Origin: Sulfolobales archaeon
GTDB lineage: Archaea > Thermoproteota > Thermoprotei_A > Sulfolobales > NBVN01
Length of the DNA: 64,000 nucleotides
Direction: 5' to 3'
Assembly (NCBI GenBank): GCA_025058345.1
Contig: JANXEN010000004.1
Coordinates: 50,929-114,928, forward strand
Every line of letters starts with the position of its first letter. Position 1 is the first letter of the stretch. Below the pieces are notes generated by a model. That model searched no databases, was not told the DNA's origin, and saw only the letters and a list, made by a program, of their open reading frames with translations. Of this stretch, positions 47,903 through 56,894 are shown in pieces. Made by a program: the position numbers and the translations under genes.

Positions 47903-48619
47903 GTGGAGGGCGATAATGGTAGAAGGAAGTCTAGGCTTATATCATTGGTTAAGGCGTTATTAAAGTCGGATAAGCTGATCTACCTTGAGGACAGCAGTAA
48001 GTGGTTATTGATAGCTTCGGGCAACGTTAAAAGCAATACTAAAATACTTTCGAATGCTGTTGTAACCTCTTTAGGTGTCTTGCTAATGTCTATCTCAGCC
48101 CGTACCTCATTAATCACTCCATTTACTGAAGTACCTTTCACTTTTCAGACGTTAATTTTAATCATTTTAACCCTTCTGCTTAAGAGGGATGCATGGAAGG
48201 TTGTTACCACTTACTTAATGCTAGGGTTTGCAGGTCTCCCCGTCTTCGCCTATGGTGGGGGGTTGCAATACTTAATGAGCCCTACCACAGGATACTTAAT
48301 AGGTTTTTTAACGGCTTCCTTATTAGGTTACCTCGTAGGTAATAAAAGGAGTATCGTTAGGTTTGTACTTCTGTCCTTATCGGCTATATGCCTCGTATAT
48401 TTATTCGGTTGGATGTGGTTATCAATATATTATAGTGTCACCACAGGTTTTCTCAACGTATTTAATTCTATGTTCATGGCTTTTATCCGAGGTGTACTCC
48501 CATTCATAGTGTGGGATGTTATGAAGGCTTTAATTGCATCATTGATAGCGTATGAGGTATCCAGAGCAACACATGCTTTAAAGGCAATAAAATCACTATT
48601 AGGTAATTTTCTAAGGTAG
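47903..48619 (+). CDS. bioY: BioY-family biotin transporter S-component (with ~40-aa N-terminal extension)
   Basis: FTFQTL...AGLPVFAYGGGLQYLMSPTGYLIGF core typical of BioY. No ecfA/T or bioMN genes in the window. Confidence 0.75.
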   Translation: MEGDNGRRKSRLISLVKALLKSDKLIYLEDSSKWLLIASGNVKSNTKILSNAVVTSLGVLLMSISARTSLITPFTEVPFTFQTLILIILTLLLKRDAWKVVTTYLMLGFAGLPVFAYGGGLQYLMSPTTGYLIGFLTASLLGYLVGNKRSIVRFVLLSLSAICLVYLFGWMWLSIYYSVTTGFLNVFNSMFMAFIRGVLPFIVWDVMKALIASLIAYEVSRATHALKAIKSLLGNFLR

Positions 48620-48625
48620 TTTAAC

Positions 48626-50110
48626 TTGATGAAGGAGTTATTGACTGAGCTTTCATCTCTAAGTGATGTGGTGAGCGGGTCTAGGGAAGAATACTTCGTC
48701 ATCAGCAAACTTAGAGAGTTTTTCGAAAGATTAAACGTTCATGCAATTCTTGCAGCAGTTGATGTTATGTCTTGGAGGGATGTCTACTGCAGTGTTAACG
48801 GCATTCAATGTAAGTCTCTCCCCCCAACCCGTAGCTGTGAGGTGGGTGGTTTATTGACGGATGATTTAAGGGATTGTGATGGAAAAATATTAGTTACTAG
48901 TACAACTGAATTCCCAGACAATGTTTGGGTTATTTACAACTTAGCGGTTGAGCGTGGAGCAAACGCAGTTATATTCTATGACGCTTATCCAAGCAGGCAT
49001 AGAAGAATCGTGATTACCGGTGTTTGGAGTTACTCTCTTGGAGAGGGTGGCTTCCCTCCAATCCCCGCTGCTCATTTAAGGTTAGAAGATGGGGCTAGGC
49101 TAAGGAATTTAATAGGCTCCTACGTAGATTTAAGGTGTATTACTGAAACTAAGTTAAGTACCGGGTATAACGTTGAGGCATTCATCGGCGGCCGTAAGGA
49201 AAGAGAGATCTTAATAACAGCACATCATGATAGGTGGTTTACAGGATTTAGGGATGATTTAGTAGGCCTTTACGCTCTACTTAAATTAACCCACAGAACT
49301 CTACATACGCAAACCCCGAAGTATACGTTGAGGTTAGTGAGTTTTACTGCTGAGGAGTTCGGCAATCCTAAGTTAAGTCCTTGGTATTGGTCGTACGGCT
49401 CGAGGGAATACGCATCTACTTCTAAACTAGATAATGTTGAATTCGTAGTTAATCTCGACACAGCATGTATGGAACCCGTAAGGGTAAACGCTACAGGACC
49501 TGAGATTGGTAAGTACTTCGTGAGGCATTCAACCATCAATTACATCTATGAGGGTTTCGACCACCCATACAGTGATGGACTAACTTTCAGTTCTAGAGGT
49601 ATACCTGTTACAACTCTCCAGAATTTAAGGGATATTGATGATATTTATCACACAGACCTAGATACGTTTTTCGATGTTGAGTCTTTTACAGATGGTGTCA
49701 CTTCATGGATCTTGAACGCAGTAAATAACTATGATGTAGATAAGCTTGAATTCAAGGAATATTATGAGGTCCTTAAAAGCTCACTACCACATGAGCTTAA
49801 GTCATTTATCGATAAAATTCTAGCCACATCAGATCCTCTAGTTATGAGTAAAATTTTCAGAGAGATATCTAAGGAATTAGTGAAGCCGGTTATTTTAGGT
49901 AGTTATAGGGATTTAAATAAAGACTTAATCACCTTATTAGCCCCTCATGCTTTAATAATCAATAACTTAAGGAGGGGCATTAAGTCAGAACTACGTATAG
50001 CAGGTAGTGAGGAGGAGCTTTGCTGCTCTACGTTAGACGATAATGAAGCAATTCATAAATACATGAGCTATCTTAACGATGTATTGGCTAAATCAATTTC
50101 AATTAAGTGA
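48626..50110 (+). CDS. M28-family metallopeptidase-like protein
   Basis: Motifs ITAHHD, FRDDLVG and FTAEEFG, then LD and YHTDLD, consistent with the co-catalytic zinc ligand order of M28. Confidence 0.6.
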   Translation: MMKELLTELSSLSDVVSGSREEYFVISKLREFFERLNVHAILAAVDVMSWRDVYCSVNGIQCKSLPPTRSCEVGGLLTDDLRDCDGKILVTSTTEFPDNVWVIYNLAVERGANAVIFYDAYPSRHRRIVITGVWSYSLGEGGFPPIPAAHLRLEDGARLRNLIGSYVDLRCITETKLSTGYNVEAFIGGRKEREILITAHHDRWFTGFRDDLVGLYALLKLTHRTLHTQTPKYTLRLVSFTAEEFGNPKLSPWYWSYGSREYASTSKLDNVEFVVNLDTACMEPVRVNATGPEIGKYFVRHSTINYIYEGFDHPYSDGLTFSSRGIPVTTLQNLRDIDDIYHTDLDTFFDVESFTDGVTSWILNAVNNYDVDKLEFKEYYEVLKSSLPHELKSFIDKILATSDPLVMSKIFREISKELVKPVILGSYRDLNKDLITLLAPHALIINNLRRGIKSELRIAGSEEELCCSTLDDNEAIHKYMSYLNDVLAKSISIK

Positions 50111-50171
50111 TAACATTTACTAACATCCTAAATTCCCTATAACTCACATAGATTGGAATTAGAGTTACAAC

Positions 50172-50585
50172 CTAACTACCTATAATTTGAACTACTACCG
50201 TTCTGAAATTTCTAGGGCCGTCAAGCTCTAACAGCATTATTTCCTGCCATGTTCCAAGCATTAAGCGCCCCTTATGCAGCGGAATCACTTTCCCAGGACC
50301 TAATATTGCCGATGCTATATGGGCGTAGGCGTTATTATCTATCTCATCATGTTCCCAACCAGCATCTGCGGGTATGTTTCTTCTTATCCACTCAACATAG
50401 TCATTAATTATTCTAGGCTCAAACTCATTAACTATTACAGTTGCCGTTGCGTGAGGTACGTAAATGGTCACTATACCGTCATTAATTCCCGACTCCTTAA
50501 TTACTTGGTTTACTTGTTCAGTAATCTTTAAGACCTCCATCTTCCTTTTTGTGGTGACTCGCAGTTCTTTTAAGTAAGTCTTCAA
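50172..50585 (-). CDS. YjbQ/UPF0047 family protein (secondary thiamine-phosphate synthase-like)
   Basis: VPHATATVIVNE...NAYAHIASAILGP...GTWQ pattern. Confidence 0.75.
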   Translation of the reverse strand: MKTYLKELRVTTKRKMEVLKITEQVNQVIKESGINDGIVTIYVPHATATVIVNEFEPRIINDYVEWIRRNIPADAGWEHDEIDNNAYAHIASAILGPGKVIPLHKGRLMLGTWQEIMLLELDGPRNFRTVVVQIIGS

Positions 50586-50632
50586 TGGAGTCGCCCTACT
50601 TACGATATTTAATAACGTACTTATATTTTGGT

Positions 50633-50950
50633 TTAAGTGCTTAGCATTCCGATTATTTCGTTAATGTACTTAATTCCTTGTTCGAATGTTTTAATTCCCT
50701 TCTCAGTCACTCTATATCTCAATCCTTCGGAATTCTTGACAGGCTCTATGAGTCCTTCCTTAACCATCTTATAGATTACTGCGTAAACTGTTATCGTCGC
50801 TGGTTTAACGTTGAATCGATGGGACAGTTCTTTCTTTATATCATAAGCTCGAAGCTCGCTAGAGTCCTTTAACACTTTAATTATATAAAGCCATAGGTTC
50901 TCGATAGTTATCTTTCTTTGCAGTCTTTCGTAAGCCTTAGATTCAGCCAC
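50633..50950 (-). CDS. PadR-family transcriptional regulator
   Basis: Winged-helix pattern LWLYIIKVL...AYDIKKEL...TVYAVIYKMVKEGLIE. Confidence 0.75.
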   Translation of the reverse strand: MAESKAYERLQRKITIENLWLYIIKVLKDSSELRAYDIKKELSHRFNVKPATITVYAVIYKMVKEGLIEPVKNSEGLRYRVTEKGIKTFEQGIKYINEIIGMLST

Positions 50951-51043
50951 TTCAACCCCTACGGTATTTATGGCTTCCTTAGTTAATATTTATAGCGGTA
51001 AATATTTATATCTGTAAATATAAGATTAATTAGGTTAGACCCG

Positions 51044-52144
51044 ATGATTAGGGTAGGCATTGTTGGCGTAGGTAATATAGCTTCAATGTTTATACAGTCG
51101 ATTCATCATTATAGAGCTACTGGAAGTAATAAAGGATTGATACATCACAGAATTGGTAGATACGGCGTCAGAGATATAGATGTCGTCTACGCCATTGATG
51201 TATCTAAATATAAGGTAGGTAAGGAATTGAGGGAAGCTATTTTCCAACCACCTAATCAAGTCCCTAAGCTAGTAGATCTTCCCCCCACCGGAATCACTGT
51301 GAGGATGGGTAAGGTATTAGATGGTGTTGCCGAGCATATGGTAGATGACTTCCCACCCTCCCACCTTCCAGAACCAAGTATGGAGGAATTAGCTAGAGAT
51401 TTAAGGGACTCAGGGGTTGATGTATTAGTAAATTTATTACCTGTAGGGAGTTCGAAGGCAACTAGATTCTATGCTGAAGTAGCTGCAATGGCAGGGGTAT
51501 CATTCATTAATTGCATCCCAGAATTTATAGCAAGTGAGGATAGATACAGTAAATTGTTTGAGGAACGTAGAGCAACCCTCCTAGGTGACGACATTAAGGG
51601 CCAACTAGGTGCGACTATAGTACATAGAGCTCTTGCTAGATTGGTATCGATGAGGGGTGGTGAGGTAATTGAGTCCTATCAACTCAACGTAGGTGGTAAT
51701 ACAGACTTCAAGAACATGTTGGAGCAGTCTAGGTTACATAGTAAGAAATTAAGTAAGAGCTTAGCTGTGGCTTCAACTCAGCCAGATCCTTATGACGCGT
51801 TAAATAAGGTTTTCGCAGGGCCTAATGGGTTTATACCCTTCCTAGGTAATACTAAGGTATCCTACATATATATTAAGGCGTCAGGGTTTATGGGTCTACC
51901 AGTAACTCTAGATGTTAAGCTGACCGTTGACGATAAGGCTATGGCATCAGCTATATTAGTAGATGCGGTGAGGTTAGCTAAGGTTTTGAATGATTTAGGT
52001 ATTTACGGAGCTCCACCATGGGCGTCTGCACCTTACTTCAAACACCCACCCAACTTGGTTAAATCTGATGAGGAAGCCCTTGAGGAATTATACTTAAGGT
52101 TAGAAGAATATAGAGTGGAAGTTGATCCTAAGTACGTTATTTGA
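51044..52144 (+). CDS. myo-Inositol-1-phosphate synthase (archaeal short form)
   Basis: Motifs GIVGVGNIAS, LPVGS, NCIPEF, GDDIKGQLGAT and NVGGNTDF. Confidence 0.8.
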   Translation: MIRVGIVGVGNIASMFIQSIHHYRATGSNKGLIHHRIGRYGVRDIDVVYAIDVSKYKVGKELREAIFQPPNQVPKLVDLPPTGITVRMGKVLDGVAEHMVDDFPPSHLPEPSMEELARDLRDSGVDVLVNLLPVGSSKATRFYAEVAAMAGVSFINCIPEFIASEDRYSKLFEERRATLLGDDIKGQLGATIVHRALARLVSMRGGEVIESYQLNVGGNTDFKNMLEQSRLHSKKLSKSLAVASTQPDPYDALNKVFAGPNGFIPFLGNTKVSYIYIKASGFMGLPVTLDVKLTVDDKAMASAILVDAVRLAKVLNDLGIYGAPPWASAPYFKHPPNLVKSDEEALEELYLRLEEYRVEVDPKYVI

Positions 52145-52162
52145 ATTATTAATTTATTCTCT

Positions 52163-53554
52163 TTAGTACTTAAGCATTAACGACTCGTACTTCCTTAGAT
52201 GTTCAACGGCTTCAGAGACGTCCATGAACAAGTCATCTACTTTAGCAACATCGACTTCAGCAACTTTACTAGCACCCCTCACCCTAGCGCTTTCAGCAGC
52301 TATACTCAATAACTGCGATGCATATCTGAGGCTTCTTCTACTCCCAATCTCCGTTAACTTACTTAGTGCTGACTCCTCAAGCTCTATCCCCTCCTCTATG
52401 GAACGTATTTTCAATATTTCCTTAATGCTTTCGGGGTCATAGGTTTCTGTTCCTATGATTACTGCTCTATCTACTAAATCAGCAGGGAATCCGAGAGGTG
52501 CTTCCACATCAGTGCCTCTTATTCTAGCGAAGCCTCTATTAGTAGCTAATATAAGTATTGGTGATAGCTCGCTCTCTATAGCTCTCCCTAAAAACGCGAA
52601 GCACTCAATATCTAGCATGTGCGCATCATCTATGAAGAGGACTCCTGGATACAGTCGAGCCTTACCACTATCAACCCATTCCTTTACTTGCTTATCAACC
52701 TCAGCAATTATCTCAGGCCCTAACTCCTTGACTTCAACACCTCCAAAGAATATAGATAGGAAGCTTCCGGACCTCCTCCTAGCTATCATCCTATCTAAGT
52801 CTGAGAGCGTTAAGTAGTAAATAAATTCTTTCTGCTTCTTAACTTTACCATTAGGTCTTTGTATCTTAAACTTACTGCCAACTTCATAGTACTTCCTTCC
52901 ATGCTCGCTTTCCTCACTTATACCAAGTACTGAAACCCTTCCTGTTTCCGCATCTATTTGAATGACGTAGCCTTCCTTAACACCCTGCTGAATAAGCTGC
53001 TCAGCAATCTCATCACTGACTTCTAAAGTCCTCTCATCATCTTTAGTTTTCAAGGTTACAGAAGCTCTCTCGATAACTCTCATATATGGGTTATATGGAT
53101 GGGGGCCTGAGACTACGTTGAATTTAACTACCTCACCTTCATATACATCCCTCATCTCATGTATTTCAACACCTATCGCCTTCCTCATAGCTCCAAGAAG
53201 CACTTCAGTCTTCTTAATTTCTGCACTATAAACTTCCGCGGCACTCATCGCGATGAACGGGACGTTCATACCTAGTTCTCTAGCTATAGCGACTGCCAGT
53301 GCGGTCTTACCTGTACCGGGCGGGCCTGCAATAATTATTAGCTTTCCAGCCCACTTACCCTCCTTAATCATCCTAACAAGTAATCCAGCTGCCTCCCTAG
53401 CCTTCTCCTGACCAACCATCCCATCCTTAACTTTAATCGCTTTATGGTTTTCATCAAGGCCTAATCCCTTTATATGAGTATGTAGGCCAACACGCCTTAA
53501 CTTAACAGAGCTTTCAGGAGGTAACTCTCTTATCGACTCACTCATATGGATCAC
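52163..53554 (-). CDS. TIP49/RuvB-like (RuvBL) AAA+ protein
   Basis: HTHIKGLGLDE N-terminus and Walker A GPPGTGKT. An OB-fold-like insertion of about 170 aa precedes Walker B LFIDDAHMLD, which is the diagnostic TIP49 architecture. Confidence 0.8.
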   Translation of the reverse strand: MIHMSESIRELPPESSVKLRRVGLHTHIKGLGLDENHKAIKVKDGMVGQEKAREAAGLLVRMIKEGKWAGKLIIIAGPPGTGKTALAVAIARELGMNVPFIAMSAAEVYSAEIKKTEVLLGAMRKAIGVEIHEMRDVYEGEVVKFNVVSGPHPYNPYMRVIERASVTLKTKDDERTLEVSDEIAEQLIQQGVKEGYVIQIDAETGRVSVLGISEESEHGRKYYEVGSKFKIQRPNGKVKKQKEFIYYLTLSDLDRMIARRRSGSFLSIFFGGVEVKELGPEIIAEVDKQVKEWVDSGKARLYPGVLFIDDAHMLDIECFAFLGRAIESELSPILILATNRGFARIRGTDVEAPLGFPADLVDRAVIIGTETYDPESIKEILKIRSIEEGIELEESALSKLTEIGSRRSLRYASQLLSIAAESARVRGASKVAEVDVAKVDDLFMDVSEAVEHLRKYESLMLKY

Positions 53555-53600
53555 CCAATAAATAATTACTTCAAGGGATTTTTAGGGTTTAATATACGAA

Positions 53601-55088
53601 TTAACTCCTTAGACTTATTAATACTTGAGCATGGGGATCTGCTGATTCGAACTTAAATGATACTATGTTACTGTAATCACTTAGGTCTATTACGTTCTTC
53701 CCTATACTGATATCCACTATGTCTGTGTTATGGAGTGTTGGAGGTAGTCCGAGGTCATAATCATATATCTTTAAATAATTATCCCTTGTAGCTTTAACAT
53801 ACATAGACGCCTTCCTATAATTGTTAATGGGTATACCACCCCATGCAGAGTTACCTACGATGTTACCAGACACCCTAATGATGTTAGGTAAATCGGAGCA
53901 CCTCAGTACGTTATCGATATTTAGGGTCATTAAGTCTCTCTCACCTATGTCGTATGGTGTGGCATCATCTGCGCCTAGGTTAGCCATAGTGTTGCAACCT
54001 AATATTAATTTACTTCCTACATGTTCTATGGACGTTACGCGTGCACCGAAAGAACCTAAGACCTTAACTGTGGGTGGAGTTATGTAAAGTATGTTTGAAG
54101 TTGTTGGAACGTAGTTTAAAGTCCTAGCTATTTCTTTCAATTCCGCGTTCGAGGTCTTCATTATGGCGTGGGTATATGAGTTGAAGGGTATTGCAATACC
54201 ACCTCCTATAATCACGTGATTAGTTCTTATCGGTCCGTAATCTTTCTTCGAAAAATCGTAAAGCCTTATGAAATGCAGGCTCTCCTTTCCACTCTCTGAA
54301 GGGTCAAAAATTATCACACCACCTCTGACGAATACGAATAACCTCCCATACGCGGCTGCAATAGAGCCCACCTGCAGTGGCCTTGAAGTACCTTCGCCAT
54401 CAACTGAAACGTCCTTTAAATCATTACTTAATTCTATATACCTCCAATCACCTTTAACTAAGTCAAGGCATTGAATGCCATATATTCCGTTAATTCCTAC
54501 TGAGATATCGAAGCAGGCCATGTCCCCTATTACCGCACCCTTCATGCTTGGTTTATTGCTCAATAAATCCGTTCTGTAATTCTTCATATCTAAGCTGTAG
54601 ACACCTAATGACCTACTTCCATCAGCTCTTGAAATAAGTAACCTCACATTCAGTGGATCGAAAGCTAAGGAAGACACTTCACCGACCCACTCATTCTTCA
54701 ATCCTGCAGTATCTTTCCATAGAAGGTCAACCCTCCCTTCATGTACGTCATATGAATGAATGTGTGAGTACTTATTAGTGAAGTCTATTCTCCCATAACC
54801 ATTCAACGCTTCATACTTAGCAGGGCAGTTAATCCAACCACCGAAATATATCTTATTATCAACTGCCTCCACGGCGTTGTAGGTGTCTCCACCTGACCTA
54901 GGTTCCGGGCCTAAAAGGTCGAAGTTATAGACCTTAAATCCTTCTTTACTTATAAAATACGCCTCAGCATCGAATGATAGGGTGAAGTAAAGCACATTCA
55001 TATGGAACTTTAATCCGAAGATGCCGCCTGAACCCCATTCAGGACCTTTCCTCGGCCTAAACCTATAGATAGGTAAATCCAACAACAA
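53601..55088 (-). CDS. Conserved-looking hypothetical protein (495 aa), probably co-transcribed with glgA
   Basis: The start lies 6 nt after the glgA stop on the same strand. Beta-rich sequence with repeated G-x-hydrophobic strands. No family recognised. Confidence 0.6.
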   Translation of the reverse strand: MLLDLPIYRFRPRKGPEWGSGGIFGLKFHMNVLYFTLSFDAEAYFISKEGFKVYNFDLLGPEPRSGGDTYNAVEAVDNKIYFGGWINCPAKYEALNGYGRIDFTNKYSHIHSYDVHEGRVDLLWKDTAGLKNEWVGEVSSLAFDPLNVRLLISRADGSRSLGVYSLDMKNYRTDLLSNKPSMKGAVIGDMACFDISVGINGIYGIQCLDLVKGDWRYIELSNDLKDVSVDGEGTSRPLQVGSIAAAYGRLFVFVRGGVIIFDPSESGKESLHFIRLYDFSKKDYGPIRTNHVIIGGGIAIPFNSYTHAIMKTSNAELKEIARTLNYVPTTSNILYITPPTVKVLGSFGARVTSIEHVGSKLILGCNTMANLGADDATPYDIGERDLMTLNIDNVLRCSDLPNIIRVSGNIVGNSAWGGIPINNYRKASMYVKATRDNYLKIYDYDLGLPPTLHNTDIVDISIGKNVIDLSDYSNIVSFKFESADPHAQVLISLRS

Positions 55089-55094
55089 CCACCC

Positions 55095-56714
55095 CTAGAG
55101 TGATCTGTAAAACGCGTATAATCTTGCTTTTTCATAGCAACTCATCAGCGTACTCCATAGGTTCCCCTCTCTAAACTTACTATTAACCCAATTGATGGCA
55201 TTCATCCTAATGTCCCGTACTCTATCACTTATTATTAAGTCCTTAACCCAGCCAGTCCTTATATCTTTGATTAAATCGCGGCGGCCGCGATCAACTACTT
55301 CCGTAAGGAAAACCATTGACTCTAAAGTCTCAGCCACACCTCTTATATCGTCTATTGATACGCATGTTCCACTGCCGTCGGCGTTATGTTTAAGGTCTAA
55401 TAAAGTTTCAGGTAGTCCACCAACGTTGGAGACCACAACAGGGGTTCCTAACGCTTGCGCCTCTATAGAGACTATGCCGAATGGTTCATATCTCGATAAC
55501 GCAGCGTAAACATTAGCTGAATACACCAGTAATTTAATCACCCACTCATCTATTCCTGAAAGTATCAAAGCCGCTCGACCCCATCGTTCTTCCACTAGCT
55601 TTGAAATAAGTCCTTCAAAATCCTTATCCCCTATTCTTATACCAGCTATCAAAACACCTATTCGGCTATCCATATAATCTAATGACTTAATAAGTATGTC
55701 GAAGCCTTTCTGCCAAGTAATCCTGCCTGAACTCACGATCAAGAACTCGCATCTATTTAAACTTCCTAACTTAACCACATTGGCGTTAGATAGGATGTAG
55801 TTAGTGATGTAATTCCTGACCACATTTCTTGACGCGTTACCCACTTTCCTTAACGCTAAATCTATTATTGAACTTACGTCCCAATCAGTGACGTTATATA
55901 TGACACATGTCTTAGGCTCTAACCACTTACCAAATCTGCTTAGTATCTCATTCAAGTAGCTGTAGCTATTACTTGCTAGTGCGTCAGACTCCAACACCGT
56001 AAAGTTATCTACGTTACCGTAGGTGGAATCCCATAGATGTTCAGTGTAGAGTGTTTCATGTTTATTAGATAACCATATTTTATGAGGCACGTTCGGTATT
56101 CCACACCAATCCTCTGAAGCGTAGTGCCATGGGAATGACGGTGATGAAAGCAGATGTATTGAGTGGAGATGAGGGACTTTAACTCCCTTCATCTCAAAGT
56201 ATATCTTAAGTAGTGAACCGGCGAGTCCGGAGGCCCAATCATTAGAATGTATTACGTCAGGTAATTCATCAAAATACTCAACCCAATGTCTCAACGATCT
56301 ACTGAATAGGCATGCCTTCTCAGGTAAATCTTTATAGATCTCCCATGAATCTAAGAACTTCCCAGTTTCATAATCCAAACCCTTAAATATAATTAATCTC
56401 GCACCGTAGTAGAACCCTTCTTCAGCACCAATGCTGTAGTGATATCGGTTACCGTCTAAACCTTTTCTAAAGCCTGAGACCGAGAAATTACTTAAACTCC
56501 TTAAGTTAAACTTCCTACTATATTCCTCAGATAGATGCCTGCCATGCGAAGGAATAAATATAGTGACCTTCAATCCATTCTTAATTAATGTCTTGATAAA
56601 GAGACTCACTGCCTTACCTAGACCTCCTACCCTTGCAAACTCGTCAAGTTCGAAAGTAATGACCCAAACGCTCTTTATCATTCCTGAATTAATCAACGTC
56701 CATCCCTTTAACAA
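55095..56714 (-). CDS. glgA: Glycogen synthase (archaeal GT-B, GT5-like)
   Basis: FELDEFARVGGLGKAV N-terminal motif and C-terminal EPFGIVSIEAQALGTPVV GT-B motif. Confidence 0.8.
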   Translation of the reverse strand: MLKGWTLINSGMIKSVWVITFELDEFARVGGLGKAVSLFIKTLIKNGLKVTIFIPSHGRHLSEEYSRKFNLRSLSNFSVSGFRKGLDGNRYHYSIGAEEGFYYGARLIIFKGLDYETGKFLDSWEIYKDLPEKACLFSRSLRHWVEYFDELPDVIHSNDWASGLAGSLLKIYFEMKGVKVPHLHSIHLLSSPSFPWHYASEDWCGIPNVPHKIWLSNKHETLYTEHLWDSTYGNVDNFTVLESDALASNSYSYLNEILSRFGKWLEPKTCVIYNVTDWDVSSIIDLALRKVGNASRNVVRNYITNYILSNANVVKLGSLNRCEFLIVSSGRITWQKGFDILIKSLDYMDSRIGVLIAGIRIGDKDFEGLISKLVEERWGRAALILSGIDEWVIKLLVYSANVYAALSRYEPFGIVSIEAQALGTPVVVSNVGGLPETLLDLKHNADGSGTCVSIDDIRGVAETLESMVFLTEVVDRGRRDLIKDIRTGWVKDLIISDRVRDIRMNAINWVNSKFREGNLWSTLMSCYEKARLYAFYRSL

Positions 56715-56894
56715 TCGTAGTTAACGTATAATAATGTTTTATACAGCAATCATTATCTAAATATAGTCAATTAAAAAATGTTTATAAGTTTTAACGGCAT
56801 ATAAATACATGGGGTTCTTATTATAGGGGATTCTAATTTATCTAAAGCGATAATACCTATAGGGGGATTAGGGACAAGACTATACCCCTTAACT

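Noticed and set aside
48430-48708. A 92-aa minus-strand ORF across the bioY / M28 junction.
   Set aside because: It is antisense to two supported genes and has no motifs.
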